Part shown: piece by piece, positions 49,711 through 57,670 of the stretch
How positions within the stretch are numbered: the first letter of the stretch is position 1
How the letters are laid out: each line of letters starts with the position of its first letter
Virus record (IMG/VR): IMGVR_UViG_3300023106_000002
Coordinates: 31,560 to 95,559 of that record
Reading direction: 5' to 3' (one strand)
DNA length: 64,000 nucleotides
From: a virus
Program-made: the position numbers and the translations under genes
The notes under the pieces: generated by a model
The model's input: the letters and a program-made list of their open reading frames with translations, nothing else
What the model was told of the DNA's origin: nothing
Databases searched by the model: none

Positions 49711-50715
49711 TTACACTTCAGGAAATACAACAGTACCATCTACGATAGCAATGTTATGAAACTGATGAAATGCTTCTTTAGCATCATCATTTAATTTCAA
49801 TAACGTCAATCCCATTCTTAACGGGAACGTATCAAGTAAATGACTTGCTGTTTCTGATGCTATTACAGCATTGTCTTGTACTCTGAAACCATGTGCTTTC
49901 ATTACTGGTGGACCAGTAACTACAATGTAATGATCTCCATACTCAGGTACATTAGTACTTCTTACAAGTACAACATCACCTTTTTGAAGATACATACCAT
50001 CTTTTGAGTTAATGCGTTTAACATCAAAAGGATTCAATGGAAAATGAGCAACTGTGTAAGCATTGTCTCTTCCATCACGAGTATGCTCAGGTAAATAATG
50101 TAACGATACAGCATTGCCAACTGATACAAAGTTATGTACAAGATTGACTCTTGTTACATCAGGCTTTTGCATTTGATACTCAGATACAAATACACCTTTC
50201 TCTTTGATCTCAGTTAATACTGGTCTTACAATGCGATGTTCAAGGTCAACAATACGATAAGTATTTACACGAATGCGTCCTGAAAGAACTTCTTCATGCA
50301 TATAACCATCAGAATGACCATGTACAGGTGATGTAAATCCATCTCCCCATCTCGCAATGACCAATTCTTTTCCTTCTTTCCATGCTGTTTGACCAGCATA
50401 AGAAACTACAGGACTCGGCGCCTCCATTGCAATGATTGTACGATCAAATTCTCCTTTTGCTGGTTCGTTTTCAAGTGTCCAATCATCTTTCTGCAACTGT
50501 TCTGACAAGTGCTGCATAACTTGTTGCGTAACATTAATCTTCTCTTGAAGATATTCATCACCATCTGTAAGTACAGGTAATGATTCAAAGTATTGTTCAT
50601 ATCCTGCTCTGTACATTTTCATGTGTTCAGGTTGTCCAATGTAAGCGATTTTTGCAATGTCTTCTACAGGTGTAGTACTTGCATTAAGATGTGTTGATCT
50701 TTCTAATGTGTCCAT
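49711..50715 (-). CDS. Cysteine-dioxygenase-like (3-His cupin) protein with extra C-terminal domain
   Basis: WGDGFTSPVHGH, VLSGRI...Y, LVHNF, AVSLHY match the thiol-dioxygenase cupin pattern. Confidence 0.8.
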   Translation of the reverse strand: MDTLERSTHLNASTTPVEDIAKIAYIGQPEHMKMYRAGYEQYFESLPVLTDGDEYLQEKINVTQQVMQHLSEQLQKDDWTLENEPAKGEFDRTIIAMEAPSPVVSYAGQTAWKEGKELVIARWGDGFTSPVHGHSDGYMHEEVLSGRIRVNTYRIVDLEHRIVRPVLTEIKEKGVFVSEYQMQKPDVTRVNLVHNFVSVGNAVSLHYLPEHTRDGRDNAYTVAHFPLNPFDVKRINSKDGMYLQKGDVVLVRSTNVPEYGDHYIVVTGPPVMKAHGFRVQDNAVIASETASHLLDTFPLRMGLTLLKLNDDAKEAFHQFHNIAIVDGTVVFPEV

Positions 50716-50737
50716 GATTATAAAGGTTTAATTGTTT

Positions 50738-50899
50738 TTAAAATGTGAATGTAAAAGCAGCTATTAAGTTTAAGATAGCCATGATGAATGAAAATATTCT
50801 CCATGCTTTACCTGCTTTATTTCCTTCTGAAATTACATAGTAATCAATTGCTATCATTATGAAAAGAATAATAGCAAGTATTAAATGAAGTGATTGCAT
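50738..50899 (-). CDS. Small two-TM protein (53 aa, not in ORF track)
   Basis: MQSLHLILAIILFIMIAIDYY...AAFTFTF fills the gap. Confidence 0.6.
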   Translation of the reverse strand: MQSLHLILAIILFIMIAIDYYVISEGNKAGKAWRIFSFIMAILNLIAAFTFTF

Positions 50900-50902
50900 A
50901 AC

Positions 50903-51124
50903 TTAAATGTTTGATTTGTTTCTGAATATATTTGTTGATTTAGACTTCATTGGTTTAGAAGTACTGTACTTAGCATTGGTTGATTTCTTAGCAAGTTTAT
51001 GCTTATCGACACCTTTACTACTCTTCTTAGGATGATTAGTAATTTGAAGTGCACGTTCTATTTTTCTTGTTGATGCTGATATAAGCATCAGACCTCCAAG
51101 TATTACTTTAAGTGAGTTCTTCAT
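50903..51124 (-). CDS. Small basic protein
   Basis: 73 aa, Lys/Ser-rich, first gene after a promoter motif. Confidence 0.55.
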   Translation of the reverse strand: MKNSLKVILGGLMLISASTRKIERALQITNHPKKSSKGVDKHKLAKKSTNAKYSTSKPMKSKSTNIFRNKSNI

Positions 51125-51157
51125 TGGTGTTTTAAATTTAAATTGTTGATAACTCGT

Positions 51158-51176
51158 AATTAGTGAGGGTTTTGAG
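51158..51176 (-). promoter_or_regulatory. Repeated early-promoter-like motif, copy 2
   Basis: CTCAAAACCCTCACTAATT, ~34 nt before ATG 51124. Confidence 0.75.
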
Positions 51177-51189
51177 CAGATTAAAATGT

Positions 51190-51249
51190 AAAATAAAAAG
51201 ATAGACTACACATAAGGAGCAAGTTCTTCAACTGCTCCTTAGTATAGTC
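51190..51249 (-). terminator. Terminator-like hairpin just upstream of the promoter motif
   Basis: TAAGGAGCA/TGCTCCTTA stem with extension, then U-rich run on the minus strand. Confidence 0.6.
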
Positions 51250-51606
51250 ACCTCAAAATAAAGTCAACACAACTTTAATTCTTTAATGTTTTCTCTTGGT
51301 TTTTACAACTGATAGTCAAGTCATATAGCCCTAATAACAAGTAAGGATTAAGCCTTAAATGTCGTAACAGCAATACGCTGATCTATAACTTGATTGAGTG
51401 CGTATCTAAAACTCATCTTCTCTATCAGTTGTCATCAAATCTACTTGTCGTACCTACAGGAGAGAACCAATCCCCTTATAAAACAAGTTGTACTCTTTGA
51501 AAGTACAGAGAAATGATAACTTAAACTACATCAGTCTTGACTGGGATGATGAAACTCCCACCAAATGTTATCGCGACTTACATCAAGACTGATATGTTGT
51601 AGTTAT

Positions 51607-51972
51607 TTAGTGAATAGGTGTATCGAGATCAATCTCTTTCTTACCTTTGAAACGAAATCCTTGTTCTTCCATCTTATCTTTCATGTGATGTCTTTCAATA
51701 TGCTTGTTAGCAATATTGAGTTTTGTTTCAGCATCATCAAGTTTGCGATAAATGATTTGGATACGTTCTTTTTGTTCTTGCGACATAGATACTAATGTCA
51801 AATTCTCTTCAATCAATTTATCATTGATTTTGTTCATCTTGATAAGATCTGCTGCCTTACTCTTACCAGCAACAATAAGTGCTGATATTGTAATGAGTAA
51901 ATAGGTGATGAATATGGCTAGTGCTATAAAAGCAGTCCATATAATAAACGGTTGTGTTAGTGTTGAGTTCAT
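51607..51972 (-). CDS. Membrane-anchored coiled-coil protein
   Basis: N-terminal TM helix then coiled coil; start set to MNSTLTQ. Confidence 0.6.
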   Translation of the reverse strand: MNSTLTQPFIIWTAFIALAIFITYLLITISALIVAGKSKAADLIKMNKINDKLIEENLTLVSMSQEQKERIQIIYRKLDDAETKLNIANKHIERHHMKDKMEEQGFRFKGKKEIDLDTPIH

Positions 51973-51973
51973 T

Positions 51974-52222
51974 TTAAAGTTTGTTATAAATTTCAATTGC
52001 AGTAACTAAGCTGCTACCATCATATACCACTTCATAAGCAGGATGCTTAGCAGTATAATGTCTTACTTCAATACGTGCAAAAGCACTTAATCGTGTAAAG
52101 CGCACATTAACAAGCATTTTCTTGTATCCAAATCCATCAGATGCATAACTTCCATACATATCTGTTGTATAAAGATTGTCGATTACTGTATCAACAGTTA
52201 ATTCGCTAGTTATTTGTGTCAT
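51974..52222 (-). CDS. Hypothetical protein
   Basis: 82 aa. Confidence 0.6.
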   Translation of the reverse strand: MTQITSELTVDTVIDNLYTTDMYGSYASDGFGYKKMLVNVRFTRLSAFARIEVRHYTAKHPAYEVVYDGSSLVTAIEIYNKL

Positions 52223-52785
52223 TAGTCTAAAGCTAGAATTTCAACTATGAATGTTCCTGTGATTTTAAAGTTGCCTTTTAATGATATTCCACCAAGTGAT
52301 GTAGTACCAGCAACAGTAAATGATTGTCCTTCTGATGTTAAAGACTTGAATGGTAACTGTTCAGTTTCGCTTAGATTTTCATCATCAACGAGTTCCTCAT
52401 TGTTATCTTCTCTACCTAAAGATATAGCATGAATACGTTCAGCATAAGCTGTATCATCTTCATCATGTCTTTGAACAACTTGTGCTCTAAGATTAGCAAT
52501 GTCTTCATTGAATTGGTTAGCAAGTCTTACTCTTTCTTTACCTTCTTCAATAAGTATAAGTCTTTGCTTTTCACGCATCTTGAGGAATTTAGCTGATGTA
52601 ATAACACCATCAAGTTTTCCCTCTTTTGCAGCGTTATAGAACTTGTAAGCAATTGCTGCAACTGTTCTCTTAGGTATTAAAGCATTAACCAGTTTAAATG
52701 CTGATTTGAAATTGGTTGATTGCTCAACTGCTTCAACAAGATAGTTGAATTCCTCATCAGTCCAAGGTAATCCTATTGTATTCAT
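52222..52785 (-). CDS. Myb/SANT-like HTH protein
   Basis: PWTDEEFNYLVEAV...IPKRTVAAIAYKFY. Confidence 0.65.
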   Translation of the reverse strand: MNTIGLPWTDEEFNYLVEAVEQSTNFKSAFKLVNALIPKRTVAAIAYKFYNAAKEGKLDGVITSAKFLKMREKQRLILIEEGKERVRLANQFNEDIANLRAQVVQRHDEDDTAYAERIHAISLGREDNNEELVDDENLSETEQLPFKSLTSEGQSFTVAGTTSLGGISLKGNFKITGTFIVEILALD

Positions 52786-53231
52786 GTTGTTTATGTGTTA
52801 AGTTAAAAAAATAGCTGTCATGGTAATCACAACTCAAAAAAAGTATCATGTCAATAAAACTAATATCGCGACCATGACAGCTAATAAAAACTCCTTGAAT
52901 AGTTGTACCTTCTGAGTACATTCACTTATGTTACTATTCAATCAAAGATAACAGAACGAGATGCTTATTACTAAGCGTTATCTTTGCATTTTGACACTAA
53001 TATATTTTAATAAATAAACTTCCAATAGTCTTACGCTGTTAATCTGACCTAATTCTATCGTGTCGATACACTTTAATATGTATTAATAGGTACTCCTTAG
53101 AGTTTTATCTTCAGGACTGGAATGTGACACCTGTATTGGAAGTTTAAATGTTAACCTAATTGTTATCTCGCTAATGTGTATAAGGTTGCATACACAATTA
53201 CATAGTTATTACTGTCCCGAATAACGTGGTT

Positions 53232-53399
53232 TTATTTAACTTCAGTTGTATCAGTTGATGCTACTTGTGGTAGTTCTCTTGATAGATCAGTTCTGTATTC
53301 TGTTTCTACTGTATTTGGACCACTAAATTGATATTTATGGTCAAGTACTATTGCTGTTGTAATTATTACAGTAACAGCAACGATGAATGTCCAATTCAT
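53232..53399 (-). CDS. Small membrane-anchored protein (55 aa, not in ORF track)
   Basis: MNWTFIVAVTVIITTAIVL..., starts 2 nt after the upstream stop. Confidence 0.55.
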   Translation of the reverse strand: MNWTFIVAVTVIITTAIVLDHKYQFSGPNTVETEYRTDLSRELPQVASTDTTEVK

Positions 53400-53401
53400 A
53401 A

Positions 53402-53701
53402 TTAACGGTATTCAGTATTAGACACTTCAACTTGTTGATAAGCTGTAAGCAAGTTAACAGTTCTGTGAAAGTCAACTTCATCTTCAAGAAGTTTAACATA
53501 ATCTGCAATAGAGTCTGAATCATCAATATCAGCCATCATTCTCTGTTTAATTTCTCGAAATGCTCCTGATGGTAATAATGAAGCGAGTCTCCGAATCACA
53601 TTGAGTGATACAATTGCTGCTTGTGTGTTGTTATCAGGTACGAAGTTAATTACTTCTTTACCATTTACTGTAACTGTTGTTGTTTGATCTTGTGTTCTCA
53701 T
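53402..53701 (-). CDS. Hypothetical early protein
   Basis: 99 aa. Confidence 0.6.
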   Translation of the reverse strand: MRTQDQTTTVTVNGKEVINFVPDNNTQAAIVSLNVIRRLASLLPSGAFREIKQRMMADIDDSDSIADYVKLLEDEVDFHRTVNLLTAYQQVEVSNTEYR

Positions 53702-53735
53702 GATAGTGTTGATTTATTTATGATTATTTAATTGT

Positions 53736-54032
53736 TTACCAAGTTTGTTCTTCTCTTTGTTCAATATGCATAAGCACATCAGTTTGATTGTTAATCAAAT
53801 CGTATTTAATAAGTCTGCCTCTCCAAGATACATAAGTTAATACATCTTTAATACGAAGTATTGGTTCATTAAAATTAATTAAATGTTCTAACTTTGCAAT
53901 CGTATCTTGTAAATTTGTTCTTCTTTCTATAGACATATCATTAAATAAGCTAAGATGAAGAGTTTCAAGTCTTTTTAATCGTGCTTCAGGTATCTTATAC
54001 CATCTTTCAGCATCATCAAGTGTCATAAACAT
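53736..54032 (-). CDS. Hypothetical early protein
   Basis: 98 aa. Confidence 0.55.
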   Translation of the reverse strand: MFMTLDDAERWYKIPEARLKRLETLHLSLFNDMSIERRTNLQDTIAKLEHLINFNEPILRIKDVLTYVSWRGRLIKYDLINNQTDVLMHIEQREEQTW

Positions 54033-54036
54033 GATA

Positions 54037-54222
54037 TTAATGTGTTAAGTGATACAATAATGCCCATAACATAGATGATATGGTACAACAGATTGAAAAT
54101 GCAATGTTCTGTTGCTTAATTGTCCACTTATTATAGAATGCACCTTGTATTAATAAGGTGAATACTGAAGACAATAATGCAAAGAAGAATGTAATTGCTG
54201 GATAATCTCTGAATATTTCCAT
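54037..54222 (-). CDS. Small two-TM protein
   Basis: 61 aa, two hydrophobic helices. Confidence 0.55.
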   Translation of the reverse strand: MEIFRDYPAITFFFALLSSVFTLLIQGAFYNKWTIKQQNIAFSICCTISSMLWALLYHLTH

Positions 54223-54238
54223 GATATTTGAATTAAGG

Positions 54239-54466
54239 TTAATGAATGTTCATGTTCTCCAATTTAATTATTACTCCTGTAAGTGATATAATTGTGTTAA
54301 AGAGTTCTTGTTTCTCTCCTTGAGGTATTTTGAAATAGTTTACTACAGCATCATGTGATACATTACAAGTATCTTGCATAAGCTGAAATGTGTATTCAGT
54401 TGATTTATCAAGAGCATCACACAATTGATGAACAGCAGCTAATTGAAGTTTAGTATTGTATTTCAT
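54239..54466 (-). CDS. Hypothetical early protein
   Basis: Probable start MKYNTKL at 54466. Confidence 0.55.
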   Translation of the reverse strand: MKYNTKLQLAAVHQLCDALDKSTEYTFQLMQDTCNVSHDAVVNYFKIPQGEKQELFNTIISLTGVIIKLENMNIH

Positions 54467-54729
54467 TGGAATTAAATTGAGGTTAATAGATGTGATAATT
54501 GGTAATTTGGCTATGAATTGCATGATATTGAAAGTGAGTGAAATAGAGATGTGGTTCAGAGACATGTGTATTGTCTCCTTCACATTCACACTCATGTTCT
54601 CGATCAAAATAAAAACTCCTGAAACATTATGAACATCTTCACAAGCATTGACACTATCTATTCACAATATTATCAGGAGTTTCTCAATAGCTAATAGCAA
54701 CAAGACTTATCAACTCATAGATTGCTAGT

Positions 54730-54748
54730 AATTAGTGAGGGTTTTGAG
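54730..54748 (-). promoter_or_regulatory. Repeated early-promoter-like motif, copy 3
   Basis: CTCAAAACCCTCACTAATT. Confidence 0.75.
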
Positions 54749-54819
54749 TCGAAGCATTATATCAAAAAAGGACGAAATAAAAAGAACGTAATGCACATTG
54801 CTGTACATTACGTAGTTCT

Positions 54820-55092
54820 TTACAAGATAACTTCAGCAGGTGTGTATGCCACAATCCTGTGTGCTGTGTATTTGTCACCGCTATCAGCTGTTTTCTCTTC
54901 AGTCTGAATATCGAGATTCAACTTCTCACCAGCTTGTAGCTTGGCAACAGTATCTTTCCCAATTGATACAGCAACACGATTAGTGTTATCCCAATGACGC
55001 ATCCAAACAGTTGGTTTGTTCTCTTTGTCCATTGCTGTGTTCAAGTTAAGCTGAGCGTAGCCTAACTTGGTTTTGATTTCATTCAAGTCCAT
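54820..55092 (-). CDS. Hypothetical early protein
   Basis: 90 aa, with its own promoter motif upstream and a hairpin downstream. Confidence 0.7.
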   Translation of the reverse strand: MDLNEIKTKLGYAQLNLNTAMDKENKPTVWMRHWDNTNRVAVSIGKDTVAKLQAGEKLNLDIQTEEKTADSGDKYTAHRIVAYTPAEVIL

Positions 55093-55130
55093 GATTATAA
55101 GGTATTATAAGTTTGTGGCAATATTGCCAA

Positions 55131-55150
55131 GTATTTGTAAGGGTTTTGAG
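55131..55150 (-). promoter_or_regulatory. Repeated early-promoter-like motif, variant copy 4
   Basis: CTCAAAACCCTTACAAATAC, ~39 nt before ATG 55092. Confidence 0.7.
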
Positions 55151-55156
55151 ACAACG

Positions 55157-55357
55157 TTAATCATCTGATTCAACTATCTTAACAGCTATGCAGCTTGTTA
55201 AGGTAATTAGCAACATCTGTGCAACAATTGTAACAAATGTGTATTTGCTTGCAATGAATGCTTGTCCCCAACTGAATAGTCCTTCAAGGACAATAAGGAT
55301 TAGGAAAGCAATTGACAATGCAATGATGTAATTGATAAGCGGTTTAGCTAGTTTCAT
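55157..55357 (-). CDS. Small two-TM protein
   Basis: 66 aa. Confidence 0.55.
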   Translation of the reverse strand: MKLAKPLINYIIALSIAFLILIVLEGLFSWGQAFIASKYTFVTIVAQMLLITLTSCIAVKIVESDD

Positions 55358-55384
55358 GATATAAGTTTTAGTGTTATTGACTTA

Positions 55385-55402
55385 GTATTTGTAAGGGTTT
55401 TG
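55385..55402 (-). promoter_or_regulatory. Repeated early-promoter-like motif, variant copy 5
   Basis: CAAAACCCTTACAAATAC, ~28 nt before ATG 55357. Confidence 0.7.
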
Positions 55403-55828
55403 CGTTATTACATGTTATGATACAACACATCTTGAGATATGTATGTTAGATACCAACCAGTCAAGGTAGCAGCAACACAACAAAGATAAGATGTGATGTA
55501 GTCATAAAATAAGCAACACAAGTTCACGAGATAAAATGTACAAAGAACTAGTGAACAAGTGCTGCTGTAACAATCATATATTCCCGCCCTGAATTACGAT
55601 GAAATAAACTTCATGGCGGGGTACTTGGATTGCTTGAGATTAGTACGGGTCTTGACTCAAGGTACTTTACATCCTCACTCTTTTCAAAAAAAATTTTATT
55701 TTATAAAAAATGACACTTAACCTGAGTTCTATCAATCTAAGCCTATCTCGTGAAGTCCCATCATCATTGACTTCAAGCAGTCTACTTATAATCATGTAAA
55801 CAAAGTTCTACATTATGTAACATTTTAC

Positions 55829-55859
55829 TTGCACAGTTGAATCTTTTGTTATATCTTTA
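55829..55859 (+). promoter_or_regulatory. Possible Bacteroidota sigma-70 promoter
   Basis: TTG - 20 nt - TATCTTTA (one mismatch to TAnnTTTG). Confidence 0.45.
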
Positions 55860-56057
55860 CATCAGATAAAAAACTCATACACTATGACAGAGTTAGCAAA
55901 ATGCTCTGATGCTGAATGTGTGAGGACTGCAAACAAGTTTGAAAAAGGATTTTGAATAGCTGAGAATGATCTTCTCATGAAGCGAGTAAACTTACCCGAA
56001 TAAACTTTGAAGTCATGCAAGTAGCAGTTCAGCATCTCCTGAGCAATAAAGAAAAGT

Positions 56058-56097
56058 AAATCCTACCTTATATATTATATGGTAGGATTTTTTATTT
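56058..56097 (+). terminator. Intrinsic terminator
   Basis: AAATCCTACC/GGTAGGATTT followed by TTTATTT. Confidence 0.75.
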
Positions 56098-56105
56098 GCA
56101 GTCTA

Positions 56106-56138
56106 TTGTAATTTGTATCATATTTATTCTTATATTTG
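56106..56138 (+). promoter_or_regulatory. Bacteroidota sigma-70 promoter for the right-hand operon
   Basis: TATATTTG at 56131-38 with upstream TTG/TTTG, 21 nt before ATG 56160. Confidence 0.65.
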
Positions 56139-56159
56139 TTCATAATTAAACTGAATATT

Positions 56160-56528
56160 ATGACAGCAGCAGAAGATTTAAAAAAGACATATCCTACTTA
56201 TCCTGAAGTTAGGACAGTACTTGTTAATAAAAGGAAGATAGTACATAGTACTTTATTTAGATTATTAAGAGATGAGAAGTATTACTTAATACCTGTAAAT
56301 GAAGAGTACTATGTTGGAGAGATAACAACAGGAACATTGCTTGAAGCACAACAAATATTTCAACGCAAGTTACACATGGTAGAACATTTATGGGTTATAT
56401 CTAATGTAGTAAATCACCAAGGAGAACTGCTTAATGTATTGGATAATGACCAACAAACAGAGAAAGAACGTATTATTAATTTAGACCCTATATTAAAAGC
56501 AGCAGATGAAAACAGCAGACGAAACTAA
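56160..56528 (+). CDS. Hypothetical protein, paralogue A1
   Basis: PTYP...KYYLIP shared with the next gene. Confidence 0.7.
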   Translation: MTAAEDLKKTYPTYPEVRTVLVNKRKIVHSTLFRLLRDEKYYLIPVNEEYYVGEITTGTLLEAQQIFQRKLHMVEHLWVISNVVNHQGELLNVLDNDQQTEKERIINLDPILKAADENSRRN

Positions 56529-56829
56529 ACAGATCATACCAACTTATCCTTTAGTAATGGCTAAGTTAACAGATGATGCATTTGAGAAGACATTGAATAT
56601 GCAGACATTGTTGAGGAAGTACTTAGATGGTAAGTATTATTTGATACCATGTAGAACTATCTTTCCTATGGGTGAAGAAGTTACACAACAAGGAATATCT
56701 AATTGTATTCAAACATTTCATGAAATGATGTATAAAACTTTGATTAGTTTTAAGATTACTGAAGAAACTAAAGGAGGTATTATTGAAGATGATGTTCAGG
56801 TAACTGAAGCAGAAAGATTAGAAGTATGA
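56506..56829 (+). CDS. Hypothetical protein, paralogue A2
   Basis: PTYP...KYYLIP. Confidence 0.7.
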   Translation: MKTADETKQIIPTYPLVMAKLTDDAFEKTLNMQTLLRKYLDGKYYLIPCRTIFPMGEEVTQQGISNCIQTFHEMMYKTLISFKITEETKGGIIEDDVQVTEAERLEV

Positions 56830-57377
56830 TACCAAATGATGGGAAGAGAAAGGTGATGCGAGGAGTTGATAAAGTAACTCTTGCTGCTGATTTTGACTTT
56901 GCTATGGAGGTCATTGATTATATGTTAGGTGATTACATTGGTGAAGGACAAGATAGGATTGTATTTGAAGCTAATATCTTTGAGAACTGTGTTGCTAAAG
57001 TTGAGTACACAAGACCTACTGTATATAATCAGAAAGAGTACTTAGTATGGAGAGCGTATCAAGGTACTACAATTGAACAATGGTTTGCTCCTTGTGTAGA
57101 CTTAACATTTGGAGGTAGTATTCTTGTACAAAAGAAGATTGAACTTGTTACAGATGATAACCGACACTTAATACCTGATGTTATACCAAGTATCTTTGAA
57201 GATGTAAAGTTTAGTAACTGTGGATTTTATAATGGACACTTCTGCTTTTGTGATTACAGTAGTGTATTTAATCAGTCAATTGAATTGGTAATGAAAGACG
57301 TTAAGATGAAACCATTTGAATCACATCTCAAAGAAGAGATATTTAAAGAAGGAGAACAAGTAAGACTAAGATTATGA
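56826..57377 (+). CDS. Minimal protein-kinase-like protein
   Basis: IGEGQDRIVF (G-loop), VAK, NQKE (helix C), DVKFSN (catalytic loop), CDY (DFG equivalent). Confidence 0.75.
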   Translation: MIPNDGKRKVMRGVDKVTLAADFDFAMEVIDYMLGDYIGEGQDRIVFEANIFENCVAKVEYTRPTVYNQKEYLVWRAYQGTTIEQWFAPCVDLTFGGSILVQKKIELVTDDNRHLIPDVIPSIFEDVKFSNCGFYNGHFCFCDYSSVFNQSIELVMKDVKMKPFESHLKEEIFKEGEQVRLRL

Positions 57378-57670
57378 CAAAGATAAGAATTGAAACCTCT
57401 AAAGGAACTACTTGGTTTGAATATGAAGAATGGCTTTATGAACAAAGATGGAAAGCACAGAAATTTGGAGATGCATTACCAGCATTCTTAAAGATGAATA
57501 CTTTACCAGCAGTTATATATCCAAAGAACTATACTTATGAACAATGGATGGCTTATCATAGAAGACAGAAGTTAATGGGAATTTTTGCAGAAGGAATGAC
57601 TAAGTTAGTTGAACAATGTACGAATACAAATTGGTGTCAATTTTTAACTAAGAAAGAACAAGATGAATAA
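57374..57670 (+). CDS. Hypothetical protein
   Basis: 98 aa. Confidence 0.6.
   Translation: MTKIRIETSKGTTWFEYEEWLYEQRWKAQKFGDALPAFLKMNTLPAVIYPKNYTYEQWMAYHRRQKLMGIFAEGMTKLVEQCTNTNWCQFLTKKEQDE

Noticed and set aside
51541-51560. Hammerhead ribozyme core (GATGATGAAAC)
   Set aside because: No proper CUGANGA followed by stem II and GAAA; the match is only partial.
45414-55402. Repeated motif as CRISPR repeats or as T3 promoter/vector contamination (shares AACCCTCACTAA with the T3 promoter)
   Set aside because: Copies are hundreds to thousands of bases apart with genes between them, there is no cas gene, flanks differ from T3 (no AAAGGG), and natural variants exist.
42935-56159. tRNA genes in the intergenic gaps
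   Set aside because: No cloverleaf with a T-loop GTTCRA and matching acceptor stem found by eye; a tRNA scan would be needed to exclude atypical ones.
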